Virus record (IMG/VR): IMGVR_UViG_3300043468_001158
Reading direction: 5' to 3' (one strand)
Source: a virus
Lineage: Duplodnaviria; Caudoviricetes
DNA: 64,000 bases
Both the position numbers and the translations under genes were made by a program. The notes under the pieces are model-generated. The model saw only the letters and a program-made list of their open reading frames with translations. It had not been told where the DNA came from and did no database searches. Positions 40,658-50,606 of the stretch are shown one piece after another (the stretch's first letter is position 1; each line of letters begins with the position of its first letter).

Positions 40658-40942
40658 ATGAACTTAAAAACTGCAAAAGCATTAAGAAAAGCTGCTCGTG
40701 TTATGGCTGCTTCTAGTGGCATTGTCTTAGACAGACAATTGGTTGAAAACGAAAGCCGTCGCAAGTATCACTTTGAACTATTGAAAGATATTGATGGTGG
40801 TCCAATTGTTGATAGCGAAACAGGTCGTCCAAAATACAATGCAACGTTTGTTGCTTATGGGCAAATGACCAACGAACCTGCTTCAGTTCGCGGCACTTAC
40901 CGTTCGTTAAAACGTTCTTTCAAAAACACTCCTAATCGCTAA
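40658..40942 (+). CDS. Hypothetical basic protein
   Basis: ORF with AGGA RBS; no recognised domain. Confidence 0.6.
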   Translation: MNLKTAKALRKAARVMAASSGIVLDRQLVENESRRKYHFELLKDIDGGPIVDSETGRPKYNATFVAYGQMTNEPASVRGTYRSLKRSFKNTPNR

Positions 40943-41163
40943 TACACAGGGTTGTGTTTCTTAGCTTCCTGCTCTAATCTTTTATTGATAAAGTCGGAAG
41001 CAATGTCACGTTCACCCGCTGTCATTTGCAAAGTTGTATGATAATCCCATGCACCACGAGAATACCAAGATAGTTCTAAACAACTTTGAATGATTGATTT
41101 TATCTCTGCTCCGAGCTGGTCAATTAGTGCTTGAATTCGTGCTAATTCACCTGAACGGAGCAT
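40939..41163 (-). CDS. Baseplate hub assembly protein, gp51-like
   Basis: LSWYSRGAWDYHTTLQMTAGER; directly follows the gp26-like gene as in T4-like phages. Confidence 0.6.
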   Translation of the reverse strand: MLRSGELARIQALIDQLGAEIKSIIQSCLELSWYSRGAWDYHTTLQMTAGERDIASDFINKRLEQEAKKHNPVY

Positions 41164-41948
41164 TAGGAGAAAAAACTTATAGGGTTCAATGGAAGTTCAA
41201 CATCAAATTTTTCACCACAATCACGACATACTAAAGTAGATGTCAAATCTAATCCCCAATTATTGATATCATCAAGATATCCTGCTATTCGGTCAATATG
41301 ATTTGCTCCAGCAGATCTAATCCATTCGCTAATCAAATTTCTATCTTCAATTCCGTCAATACTCTGAATAACACTCATTAGGTTCATAAAGATATTGTTT
41401 TGAATATCCTCAACTGAGAGTTTTTCTTTGCCTTCGTTTGCTTGTAACACTTCAATAATTTTGTCATATCTAGCAGGTTGAAGTTTTACTATTTGTCCAT
41501 TTTCTAATCTAACCACAAACTGATTTTCTAGAATAGTTGAGTCAAGATACTTTATTGTTGATAATACTTGTTCTAAATCAATAGTATATGTATGTTGTCT
41601 TCCGTTTTCGCAACGATGATTGGCAGTAATTTCATAACTTGGTCCATAAGTCACTAATCTCAAGAATAGCATAATAGCATCAACATCTTTACCAAATAGT
41701 TCAGTTGGTTTTATAATTCCTTGAATACAATTTGAGAATACTGGGTCTAATGCTTTACCGGTAAATAACATATCAGGATTCTTGAGAACTACTTCATCAA
41801 ATGCATTCATTGGCTGAATATGTAATTCTCCAGCAGTAATACTACTATCTAATTCCCCGTTCGAATATAGAAGACCTCTAGAAGGTAATTGAAGAACTCG
41901 GCCTGGAAGTTTTAATTTAGCGAGAAGTGGATTGTGTTCATTTAACAT
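41163..41948 (-). CDS. gp26: Baseplate hub assembly chaperone, gp26-like
   Basis: LPSRG, QPMNAFDE, DVDAIMLFLRLVTYG and C-terminal CRDCG motifs. Confidence 0.8.
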   Translation of the reverse strand: MLNEHNPLLAKLKLPGRVLQLPSRGLLYSNGELDSSITAGELHIQPMNAFDEVVLKNPDMLFTGKALDPVFSNCIQGIIKPTELFGKDVDAIMLFLRLVTYGPSYEITANHRCENGRQHTYTIDLEQVLSTIKYLDSTILENQFVVRLENGQIVKLQPARYDKIIEVLQANEGKEKLSVEDIQNNIFMNLMSVIQSIDGIEDRNLISEWIRSAGANHIDRIAGYLDDINNWGLDLTSTLVCRDCGEKFDVELPLNPISFFS

Positions 41949-41986
41949 GATGTAAGAAACCTTATAATATAGAGTTATGATTATAC

Positions 41987-42020
41987 AATAAATACTAAAA
42001 CTATTTATACTTTGTAAATA
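41987..42020. promoter_or_regulatory. Divergent late promoters between gp26 and tape measure
   Basis: AATAAATA (+, 41987-41994), TATAAATA (-, 42002-42009) and TGTAAATA (+, 42013-42020). Confidence 0.65.
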
Positions 42021-42070
42021 CCCACCATATACCCAACATCACTGCAAAGCAAGAGAGAGAAATACAAATT

Positions 42071-45000
42071 ATGGCAAGAGCAGTTTCTGAAGCACAATTA
42101 CGAGAAGAAACATACCAAATTCTTCTAAAGATAGAAAGAGCACTTAGTAATGGTAGTGCTTCAGTTGGTTCGGGTGGTGATAGAGGAAGTGACCGACGAG
42201 GAGCAGGAAGTGGGACTAACGATAGCGGAAGTAATACTCAAAGTGATGCTGCTCAACGACGTCGTGAAGCCCTACAGAACCGCACTACACAAGAGTTAGA
42301 ACAAACTCTTGATAGTTTGATAAACTCTATTGAAGACTTAAAGAATAGCGTTGAAGGACATGAAGAAAGGTTATCAGATGATAGAAGACAACTTCTTGCT
42401 GACCAACGCGAAGAAGCTCAAATAGCACGTGAAATCATTCTTGAAGCTAGACGTGGGGAAATAGAACAATCAGAAATTATCCAAAATAGTTCGAGAAGAT
42501 TAGGTCGAGCTTTATCAAGTTTGACCGAACCTGTTCGTGCAAACTGGAATGCTTTTGAAGACTATAACTTGAGCATGAACAAATCCATTTCCGCTCAGTC
42601 TTCAATGTTAGCTGGAATGGTCGAAGGTTCAAGTCTTCAAAATGCGGCATATGATAAGTATATTACTAAGCTACTTGATGCAAGTGATACACTATCAAGC
42701 TTTACTAATTTAGGTCGAGAGTTGTCTTCGGTTCAAGATTTGTCTGAAGCAATTGATGAACTGAATAAAGATGGTAAAGTATTTGAAGCATTACTGAAAG
42801 AGCACGGAAATCAAACATCGGAATACATTGAAAGTCTATACGAGCTTGAACAAGCTACTGGTAATTTAACAGACCATCAACGAGAGATTCTGGAAATTGC
42901 AAGAAAAACTAATATGATGGATGAACATGGACGAGTTCAAAATGTTCAGGCTATTCGAAATCATACAAATCAAATCAAAGCTGATATGATAAAAATGCAA
43001 GAGATTGCAGTCAAGCATATGACTATTGCTAAAATGACACAATCGTTCCATGATAAGTTTGGAAAATACGCTAGCGCATTATTTGGAGGCAAAGGCCCAT
43101 TTGGGTTATTTGCTTTAGGTGTTATGATGCTTGGCGATAGCATTGTCAAAGTCTATGACCAGTTTACTAAAGCTGCTGATATTGGTATGCTTGGCGCAAA
43201 TGATTACTTAGGAAGTTTTGCAAGACTCAAAGAAGCACAAGTTCAGTTAGGTATTAGTTTTGAAGAAACTGCTAAAATCTTCCAAGAGAACCGAAGAATG
43301 GCTTATAGCGTTGGTGATAATGTTGGTGATTTTGCAGATGCCTTAGATGAAGGTCAAAAGAGTTTGATTTTGTTAGGCATGGGTAATGAAGATGCTGCTA
43401 AGACTGCGGTTGATTTTGCAAAGAATGCAACTAAAGCAGGTATTGACATCACAAGTAATGATAAAGTAAGAAAGGCTATGAAGACTCAAACGGAAGCATA
43501 TGGCCGATTGAAAGTATTGACAGGTGCTTCAGCTTCAGAGTTCAAAGCTCTTAATGATGAGCTTTTTGACGCTCAATCTGTTCAAGAGCAATTGAATGGT
43601 ATAGGTCGAGACGAGCGAGAAGTAAGAATGAATGCGATGTTCAAATTACGTGAAGACTTCGTCAAGTTAGGACTTTCAGCTCAATCCGCTAATAAAGCAC
43701 TTATCTCTATTCAGGATTTAGGCAAAGAAAAGTTAGCAGACAGATTTACCCAAGCAGCAAAGTTCCAACAATTAGCAGGTGTTCTTGGAATGAAGAATGC
43801 AGCTCAACTTGGTCAAATAGTTCGTAAAGGTGATAGAGCTACAGCTGATGAGAAGAAAGAACTAATGGAAGCTGCGGTTGAAATGCAAAAACGCGCTGAT
43901 GTTAGAAGACGCGGAAGTTATGGCGATGAGAACATTATCCAGTCTTTAGTTGGTGGTTTATCAGGACCGTTACTTGCTATGATGGAACAAGGACGAGAAG
44001 CTTCTAAAACAACCGATGCTTTAGGCAAGTTTGCTGAGAAAGCTTTTGGTCGTCAAACCGTTGATGGAGATATCAAGATACCGCCTTGGGCAGCAACATT
44101 GATTGACATTGGACATAGTATTGAGACTGTTATCACTGACCCGATTGTAAAAGCTATTGGTGGAATTGCTCTTGCTGCTGGTGGCTTGCTTCTGCTTTTT
44201 AGAGCCGGAGGTTCAGTTATTGAAACTTTCAGAAGCATGAAAAATTCGTTGTTCAATATTGACAAGAACACTGGTAGTATGTCATCATCGACAGGTGATG
44301 ATAGTAGTGGTGGAACCGCACAAGAAAGAGCTGAACGACGTAGAAGAGAAGAAAGTCAAAGAAGAAGACGAGGTGGGGTTAGAAATAGAACGACACCTGC
44401 AAGACCAAGAGCTGGAAATGTTAGCCGATTAGCTGGGGCGTTGAAGCCAACAGGTTTTGGAGTTGGTGCATTAGCTTCAGGTTTAGCGGCTAATGCTATT
44501 ATTGACAATCAAACTAACCCGGAAACTGGCGAAGTATCAACTGGCGGAAAATTGGCTGCAATGGCATCAGGCGCGATGTCCGGTGCATCATTGGGAATGC
44601 TATCTGGTAACCCGTTAGTCGGTTTAGCAGGTGGAGTGATTGGCGCAGGTGTTGGTTTATATGGTGCATCGGGAGGAGGAGAAGGTTCAAGTGATGCGTC
44701 TCCAACATCTGGTATATCAAGTTCATATCCGGTAGGAACGAATCCCCCATCAATCTATAGTCCACAACCATCTGCGTCAACAGCTTCTAGAGTAACCCCA
44801 ATAGGTGGTTCAACTGCTGGAACATCAAGTTCAAGTAGTTCAAACGAAGCTGATGCTCCAGTTATTAGGCTGTCAAAAGATACTATCGCTAAACTTGGTA
44901 ATTATCTAACAACTTTGAATGACACACAAACTAAGTCACTAAATATAGAACAAGACCAGCTTGATATGCTTGCCGCATTAGTGACAGCAAGTGATGAAGC

Positions 45001-45085
45001 TTATAAGAATGCAAAAAGTCTCAAACCAATTCCAGGTCATTCATCATTATTTGGCAGAGGTGGTCGTTATGAATATATCAACTAA
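42071..45085 (+). CDS. Tape measure-like protein (1004 aa)
   Basis: Long helical Ala/Gly/Leu-rich protein with hydrophobic Gly-rich stretches, divergent from gp26 and upstream of the portal. Confidence 0.7.
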   Translation: MARAVSEAQLREETYQILLKIERALSNGSASVGSGGDRGSDRRGAGSGTNDSGSNTQSDAAQRRREALQNRTTQELEQTLDSLINSIEDLKNSVEGHEERLSDDRRQLLADQREEAQIAREIILEARRGEIEQSEIIQNSSRRLGRALSSLTEPVRANWNAFEDYNLSMNKSISAQSSMLAGMVEGSSLQNAAYDKYITKLLDASDTLSSFTNLGRELSSVQDLSEAIDELNKDGKVFEALLKEHGNQTSEYIESLYELEQATGNLTDHQREILEIARKTNMMDEHGRVQNVQAIRNHTNQIKADMIKMQEIAVKHMTIAKMTQSFHDKFGKYASALFGGKGPFGLFALGVMMLGDSIVKVYDQFTKAADIGMLGANDYLGSFARLKEAQVQLGISFEETAKIFQENRRMAYSVGDNVGDFADALDEGQKSLILLGMGNEDAAKTAVDFAKNATKAGIDITSNDKVRKAMKTQTEAYGRLKVLTGASASEFKALNDELFDAQSVQEQLNGIGRDEREVRMNAMFKLREDFVKLGLSAQSANKALISIQDLGKEKLADRFTQAAKFQQLAGVLGMKNAAQLGQIVRKGDRATADEKKELMEAAVEMQKRADVRRRGSYGDENIIQSLVGGLSGPLLAMMEQGREASKTTDALGKFAEKAFGRQTVDGDIKIPPWAATLIDIGHSIETVITDPIVKAIGGIALAAGGLLLLFRAGGSVIETFRSMKNSLFNIDKNTGSMSSSTGDDSSGGTAQERAERRRREESQRRRRGGVRNRTTPARPRAGNVSRLAGALKPTGFGVGALASGLAANAIIDNQTNPETGEVSTGGKLAAMASGAMSGASLGMLSGNPLVGLAGGVIGAGVGLYGASGGGEGSSDASPTSGISSSYPVGTNPPSIYSPQPSASTASRVTPIGGSTAGTSSSSSSNEADAPVIRLSKDTIAKLGNYLTTLNDTQTKSLNIEQDQLDMLAALVTASDEAYKNAKSLKPIPGHSSLFGRGGRYEYIN

Positions 45086-45098
45086 TACGGAATACTAA

Positions 45099-46823
45099 AT
45101 GGCAACTTTACAAAGTTACTTCAGAATAATCACTCCAGTATCGAGTCAGAAGCAATATACTCAATTGCATGCTGACTCGACTAATATGAATGGACCTAAC
45201 GGGTTCTCAAACGCTGCATCGTCTGTTGCTTTTCTAACTCAAGTAATGAAAGGCGCTGGAACTCGTATGCAACGATACATTCAGTATGATAGCATGGATA
45301 ATGATATTGACATCTCTCGTGCTCTTGATATTATCGCTGAAGAAATATCAAATGACGACGAAACCACCAATCTTCCATTCGAAATAGAGTATCAAACTGA
45401 AGATGACCAGGAAGTATCGGAAAATACCGTTACTACTATTCGTGCGGCTCTTAGACAATGGTCTCGCGTTCAAGACTTTAGCAATCGCATCTTCCGCATT
45501 GGTCGCATTATGTCAAAGTATGGCGACTGCTTCTTCAAGAAGTCGGCTGATACTAAAAAGTGGGAATACCTTGACCCATCTAAAGTATTGGGTATCTATC
45601 TTGACGAAAATGGTGACCGAGTTGCATACCAACTAAAAGGCGATGGTGGTGGAATGGTTGGATATGCAGGTAAGGTGACTGATGTAGAGGTCGTACCTGC
45701 TGCAGGGATTATCCACTTTACCCTGTCTGATGACATGGGTGAAAGTGCTCCATTCGGCGAAAGTGTTCTTCAACCAATCTTTAGAACCTTCAAACAGCTT
45801 TCAATGTTAGAAGACTCTGTCATCATCTACCGTCTTGTTAGGGCACCTGAACGTCGAGTCTTCTATGTTGACGTTGGTAATATGCCTCAACAACGTGTTA
45901 AGCAATATCTTGAGAACATCAAGAATGAGATACGTCAAAAGAGAATGCCTAACACAACCAACAATCAAGACGTCATCGACGGAACTTATAATCCTAACAG
46001 TATCTCTGAAGACTATTACTTTCCAGTGACTGCCTCAGGTCGTTCTTCTCGTGTAGAAGTATTGCCAGGTGGCGAAAACTTGGGTGAATTGAATGAGTTG
46101 AAATACTTCCGTGAAAAGCTTTACAAAGGCTTACGTGTTCCAACCTCTTACTTAGGTGGAGCAGATGCACAACCTCAACAATACAATGACGGTAAGTTAG
46201 GTGTTGCACTTCTTGACGAGTTACGATTTGCCAACTACATCCGTCGATTACAGAACAAGATTGAATGTGTGATGGACGAACAGTTCAAACTCTATCTCAA
46301 AACGATTGGTATCAATGTCGAAGATTGGTTATTCCTTCTTAGATTACCTGAACCACAAAACTTTGGTATCTACCGTCAAAATGCTCTTGACTCAGACTTA
46401 ATCAATGCATTCAAATCGATTGAAGATGTCAAACAGTTGTCAATGAGATGGAAACTAAAACGTTACTTAGGCTTAACTGAAGATGACTTGCAAATGAATG
46501 AGAAAATGCTCAAACAAGAACTTGAGATTGATGAAGATGCTAATGTTTCTGATTTACGTCAAATCTATGACCCAGTTCAAATGGAAGCTAGACAAGCCGC
46601 GAAAATCAAACCTAAACATATCGAGTCAGATGAAGCTCCGGCTGGTGGAGGCGGAGGCGGAGATGAGTTAGGTATGGACATGGGAGGAGGAAGCCCTCCT
46701 CCAGGTGATGATTTAGGTGGTGGTCTTGGTGGTGATTTAGGTGGTGGTCTTGGTGGTGGAGCTGACGACATGGGACTTGGAGCACCAGGAGCCGGTGGTG
46801 GCATGGACAATTTAGGTCTATAA
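45099..46823 (+). CDS. gp20: Portal protein, T4 gp20-like
   Basis: KQLSMLEDSVIIYRLVRAPERRVFYVDVGNMP and EDYYFP...VEVLPGGENLG are gp20 signatures. Confidence 0.97.
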   Translation: MATLQSYFRIITPVSSQKQYTQLHADSTNMNGPNGFSNAASSVAFLTQVMKGAGTRMQRYIQYDSMDNDIDISRALDIIAEEISNDDETTNLPFEIEYQTEDDQEVSENTVTTIRAALRQWSRVQDFSNRIFRIGRIMSKYGDCFFKKSADTKKWEYLDPSKVLGIYLDENGDRVAYQLKGDGGGMVGYAGKVTDVEVVPAAGIIHFTLSDDMGESAPFGESVLQPIFRTFKQLSMLEDSVIIYRLVRAPERRVFYVDVGNMPQQRVKQYLENIKNEIRQKRMPNTTNNQDVIDGTYNPNSISEDYYFPVTASGRSSRVEVLPGGENLGELNELKYFREKLYKGLRVPTSYLGGADAQPQQYNDGKLGVALLDELRFANYIRRLQNKIECVMDEQFKLYLKTIGINVEDWLFLLRLPEPQNFGIYRQNALDSDLINAFKSIEDVKQLSMRWKLKRYLGLTEDDLQMNEKMLKQELEIDEDANVSDLRQIYDPVQMEARQAAKIKPKHIESDEAPAGGGGGGDELGMDMGGGSPPPGDDLGGGLGGDLGGGLGGGADDMGLGAPGAGGGMDNLGL

Positions 46824-46888
46824 AAATCAAAGATTATCCTAAATAGATAATCACTTAAAAATCTACAAATACATGGAGAGACAATATC

Positions 46889-47509
46889 ATGTCACAACAA
46901 ATATTACTTACTGAAGACCTAACTCCTGATCAAGCTAACTTAATTGAAAGCATTGATGATGGCAAAAACTATTATCTTTCTGGCATTATGATGCAAGCAG
47001 GCGTTATCAATGGAAATGGCCGCGAGTATCAATTAGCAGAAATGTTGAAAGTTGTTGAAGAAAACTCTAAAAAGATTGCAAGCGGTCAGCTAATCATGGG
47101 TGAGCTGACCCACCCTAACAATATCGCTATCAACCTTGCCAACGTATCTCATGCTATTACTGAAATGAGAATGGATGGTTCAAACGTAGTTGGTAAAATG
47201 AAACTTTTGAATACTCCATCTGGTCAAATTGCAAAAGCGATTCTTGAAGGTGGTGTTAGACTTGGTGTTTCTTCTCGTGGTACAGGTTCAGTCGGTGCTG
47301 ACGGTAAAGTATCTGGCTTTAGCTTTGTGACTGTTGATATCGTTGATAATCCTTCAGCTCCTGATGCTCGCCCTAACCTTGTTCGTGAAAGCTTAGAAAA
47401 TCAAAAGATAGTAACCTTAGCTGAAATTGTGGTAGAAGACAAAAGTGCTCAAAAGCATTTAGAAAAAGAAATCAAAAAATTCTTACTATCAATAGTTACA
47501 AAAAAATAA
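46889..47509 (+). CDS. gp21: Prohead core protease, T4 gp21-like
   Basis: NGNGREY, GELTHP, VSH, LGVSSRGTGS and DIVDNPSAPDA motifs. Confidence 0.97.
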   Translation: MSQQILLTEDLTPDQANLIESIDDGKNYYLSGIMMQAGVINGNGREYQLAEMLKVVEENSKKIASGQLIMGELTHPNNIAINLANVSHAITEMRMDGSNVVGKMKLLNTPSGQIAKAILEGGVRLGVSSRGTGSVGADGKVSGFSFVTVDIVDNPSAPDARPNLVRESLENQKIVTLAEIVVEDKSAQKHLEKEIKKFLLSIVTKK

Positions 47510-47530
47510 AGAACCAGGGAGAAAATAAAA

Positions 47531-48007
47531 ATGAAACCAGAAAAATCAATGAAAGAATTGTTTGAAATTGCTGGTATTAAAGATATTGATAAAGCTCTAT
47601 CTTTGATTACCGAAGTTAATCTACGAGAAGTCGACCTTACTACAAAACAAATTGCCGATAAAATAAGTGCAGCATTTGAAAAAGATTTTGGTTCGCTTAG
47701 AACCAGCGAAACTGAAAACCTGTCGAATAAAATGTATAAGCTAATTGTAGATAAAGATTTTCTTGATGGAAAAACACCTGTTGCTAGATTTAGAATACCA
47801 GTTATTACAAAAGCAAATGATTTGCATAACATTCACAATTCTTATGAAGCATTTAACAAAATACTAGATAAGTTCTACAATTCTTTACGTAATGAAGGAT
47901 ATCTTATAACTCAACCAAAAGGCGGGTATATTAAGGGTGATACTTGGGAAGGCAATGGAACAGTTGGAAATATCATGACATTTTTTGTAGCAGGAAAACC
48001 GGAGTAA
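47531..48007 (+). CDS. Putative capsid-internal protein 1 (LFEIAGI tag)
   Basis: N-terminus MKPEKSMKELFEIAGIKDIDKALSLITE; remainder unknown. Confidence 0.6.
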   Translation: MKPEKSMKELFEIAGIKDIDKALSLITEVNLREVDLTTKQIADKISAAFEKDFGSLRTSETENLSNKMYKLIVDKDFLDGKTPVARFRIPVITKANDLHNIHNSYEAFNKILDKFYNSLRNEGYLITQPKGGYIKGDTWEGNGTVGNIMTFFVAGKPE

Positions 48008-48013
48008 GTCAAA

Positions 48014-48640
48014 ATGAAATCAGAAAAATCAATGAAAGAGCTGTTTGAGATTGCAGGTATTAAGGATATTGACTCAGCTCTGTCTTTGATTACTGAGGCA
48101 TCAACTTCATCAGCAGGTTGGGCAGACTGGAATGATACTTTACGAGATGCGTTACAGATAATACTTATTGGTAAAGAACTTACCCGAGTTACTTTATCTG
48201 ACCCATCATCAGCAGTCATTATAAAAAATGTTGCATTTAATTCTTTTCGTGACCCTGAGAAATTGTTAATCATTTATGATAAAACTATAGATTGGCATCC
48301 GCTAAGAGAGCATAAAGAATATCAACAAGGCATGCTCAAGAAGATAAAAAGCTTTTTACCAAAAGGTAGTAAAGTGGGTGGATATGAAAGTCAAAACTAT
48401 CAATCACAAGGGATGATAGGCATTGATGGAGTAAAAATAAAAGCTCAATATCCTGGCAATTATGTTGGCGGTTTATTGTCTAATGTCAAAGATAAAGTTC
48501 CGGTTATAGTTGGAGCTAAAGCATCAGAACAATTATTAGAGGCAGCAAAGATTGTCAATGACGCCATTAAGAATAACGTAAATGTCATTGCATGCCAACG
48601 AGAACTAATTGAAAAGAATTTAGACGAGTACGCAGAATAA
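48014..48640 (+). CDS. Putative capsid-internal protein 2 (LFEIAGI tag plus conserved C-terminal domain)
   Basis: N-terminus nearly identical to the 47531 protein; ends GGLL...ACQRELIEKNLDEYAE. Confidence 0.6.
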   Translation: MKSEKSMKELFEIAGIKDIDSALSLITEASTSSAGWADWNDTLRDALQIILIGKELTRVTLSDPSSAVIIKNVAFNSFRDPEKLLIIYDKTIDWHPLREHKEYQQGMLKKIKSFLPKGSKVGGYESQNYQSQGMIGIDGVKIKAQYPGNYVGGLLSNVKDKVPVIVGAKASEQLLEAAKIVNDAIKNNVNVIACQRELIEKNLDEYAE

Positions 48641-49233
48641 TGAAAATTAACGAACTATTTACTGAAGCAGCACCAACTAAGTTTAATAAAGACCTATACG
48701 TTTTAAATTATATAAAAGAAAAACTTATTGGAAAAACATTAGTGATGCATAATGAAAACATGGCAGTACGTGATTCACGTAGTATGATGAAATTAGAAAT
48801 AACTGATATTGATATATGGAAACGTGGATGGAATGATTATCAGATTTATGTAAATGGACTTAAGAAGATGCCTATATGGCATAATCCAAGTAAGAAAGCG
48901 CTAATGCATCCCTATGGAGATAATTCTATAATTTCTCAAATTAAAGTACTTCTCGGAACTGATATGAGTTTTTCTGTTAGTTGGACTGAAAATGGGCAAC
49001 AATCAAAAAACTCTTTAGGAGTTTTTATTGATATGTGGGAGTATGATAATAATTTTAAAGGGGGCTTATTGCATCATCTTAAATCTAAAAAACCAATTTT
49101 AGTTGGCCCAAATGCCAGTAGTGAATTAAGAATGTCGGCTGATATTATCAATTCTTGTATTCAAAAAAATACCGACATCGTTGCATGTCAACGAGCATTA
49201 ATTGAAAGAGACTTAGACGAGTACGCAGAATAA
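48640..49233 (+). CDS. Putative capsid-internal protein 3 (MKINELF tag plus conserved C-terminal domain)
   Basis: Starts MKINELFTE; ends ACQRALIERDLDEYAE; TAATG coupling. Confidence 0.6.
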   Translation: MKINELFTEAAPTKFNKDLYVLNYIKEKLIGKTLVMHNENMAVRDSRSMMKLEITDIDIWKRGWNDYQIYVNGLKKMPIWHNPSKKALMHPYGDNSIISQIKVLLGTDMSFSVSWTENGQQSKNSLGVFIDMWEYDNNFKGGLLHHLKSKKPILVGPNASSELRMSADIINSCIQKNTDIVACQRALIERDLDEYAE

Positions 49234-49835
49234 TGAAAATTAATGAACTGTTTGAAAAGGTAACTTTACAAGAAGCATCGTTAGGATTTGCTGAGCATAA
49301 TGATATTCTATTGTTTTTTATTCAAAAGAAACTTGTCAAAAAACAATTGAAAACCAGTAAATCGCTAATCATTGATGAAGTAACCAAAATAGCTTCTCCT
49401 GATAGTAAAGAATATAACATTAGTTATACAATTCAAGGTGAAGAACCAGGTCCACGTAAACATCAAGTAGATTACAATGAAGATGCGGAAAATTTAGCAA
49501 TTTCAAAAGAAAAACAATTATTTGGAAAATTAATTGAACCATTAATTGCTAACGGGACACAAGTTGAAGTTTTACGTCAATCACGAAATTTTGTTAAAGG
49601 CAATGGTTCTTTTGGCACAACAATACAGGTGCCAATTCAATACGACAATAAGTTTGTTGGTGGTTTATTGCGTCATGTCAAAGAAGGAATCCCTGTTATC
49701 ATTGATGAAAATGCAATACCTGCGTTAAAACAAGCAGCAAAAAAAATAAATGAATATGTTTTAAAAAATAACACAGACATTATTGCATGTCAACGAGAAA
49801 TGATTGAGCGTGATTTAGACGAGTACGCAGAATAA
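49233..49835 (+). CDS. Putative capsid-internal protein 4 (MKINELF tag plus conserved C-terminal domain)
   Basis: Starts MKINELFEKVTLQE; ends ACQREMIERDLDEYAE; TAATG coupling. Confidence 0.6.
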   Translation: MKINELFEKVTLQEASLGFAEHNDILLFFIQKKLVKKQLKTSKSLIIDEVTKIASPDSKEYNISYTIQGEEPGPRKHQVDYNEDAENLAISKEKQLFGKLIEPLIANGTQVEVLRQSRNFVKGNGSFGTTIQVPIQYDNKFVGGLLRHVKEGIPVIIDENAIPALKQAAKKINEYVLKNNTDIIACQREMIERDLDEYAE

Positions 49836-49876
49836 CAAAATTTAACCCCCGAACACTTCATACGGAGAATTATAAA

Positions 49877-50254
49877 ATGAAAGACTTTGAAAAACTAATG
49901 AAAATTGCTGGAATTACTAATATCAATGAAAATGCTTTCAGCCAAAGCATTTATAGTGATGAAAAAGATTTTGAAACTAAAGAAAAAGCAATCAAAGGAA
50001 AACTCTTTAATGATCTTAAATCAAAAGATGAAAAGAAAATTGCATATGACTTAATATCAGAAGCAGAGCTTCTTCTTGGTCAATTCAATATGATGGTAAA
50101 CGATTTTGATAAGTATCTTGGTGTTCCTAAAACTGAAAGATTTTACCATGAAGTAGTACGTTTTGGTGAGGCACTTCAGGCTCATTGTAAAAAAATAACC
50201 GGGTTTGACGGCGTTCAATCCTTAAATTTACATGTACATAGCTTAAAGGACTAA
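49877..50254 (+). CDS. Putative capsid-internal protein 5 (IAGI tag)
   Basis: Starts MKDFEKLMKIAGITNINE; GGAG RBS. Confidence 0.6.
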   Translation: MKDFEKLMKIAGITNINENAFSQSIYSDEKDFETKEKAIKGKLFNDLKSKDEKKIAYDLISEAELLLGQFNMMVNDFDKYLGVPKTERFYHEVVRFGEALQAHCKKITGFDGVQSLNLHVHSLKD

Positions 50255-50258
50255 GATA

Positions 50259-50558
50259 GTGAAAACTCTTCAACAACTATTTGAAATTGCTGGCATCAAA
50301 GACATTGATAAAGCAATGGCAATTCTGAATGAAGACGACTTTCACACAATACTTTACAAGATTGATAAATGGATGCCTAGTGATTTATCAATTCAAGATG
50401 AGTATGATGATTTAGTTAGTAAAAAACATAAATCTTCAGCTGATGTTGAAGATTTAGCAGCTTTATTGTATAGAGAAGCAGATGAAGAAGTATTAAAGAA
50501 ATACGGTTTTAGTGGTAATTGGAAAGCTTTAGCTAATTATATTATTACTAATAAATAA
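50259..50558 (+). CDS. Putative capsid-internal protein 6 (LFEIAGI tag)
   Basis: GTG start; MKTLQQLFEIAGIKDIDKAMAILNE. Confidence 0.6.
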   Translation: MKTLQQLFEIAGIKDIDKAMAILNEDDFHTILYKIDKWMPSDLSIQDEYDDLVSKKHKSSADVEDLAALLYREADEEVLKKYGFSGNWKALANYIITNK

Positions 50559-50606
50559 AATCTAATAATGTAAATAGATTTTTATAATAATTGTAGTAGG
50601 AGATTT

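Noticed and set aside
40939-41948. Programmed frameshift joining the gp26-like and gp51-like ORFs (G/GT-type chaperones)
   Set aside because: The junction is a plain TAATG stop/start overlap, with no clear slippery heptamer seen before the stop.
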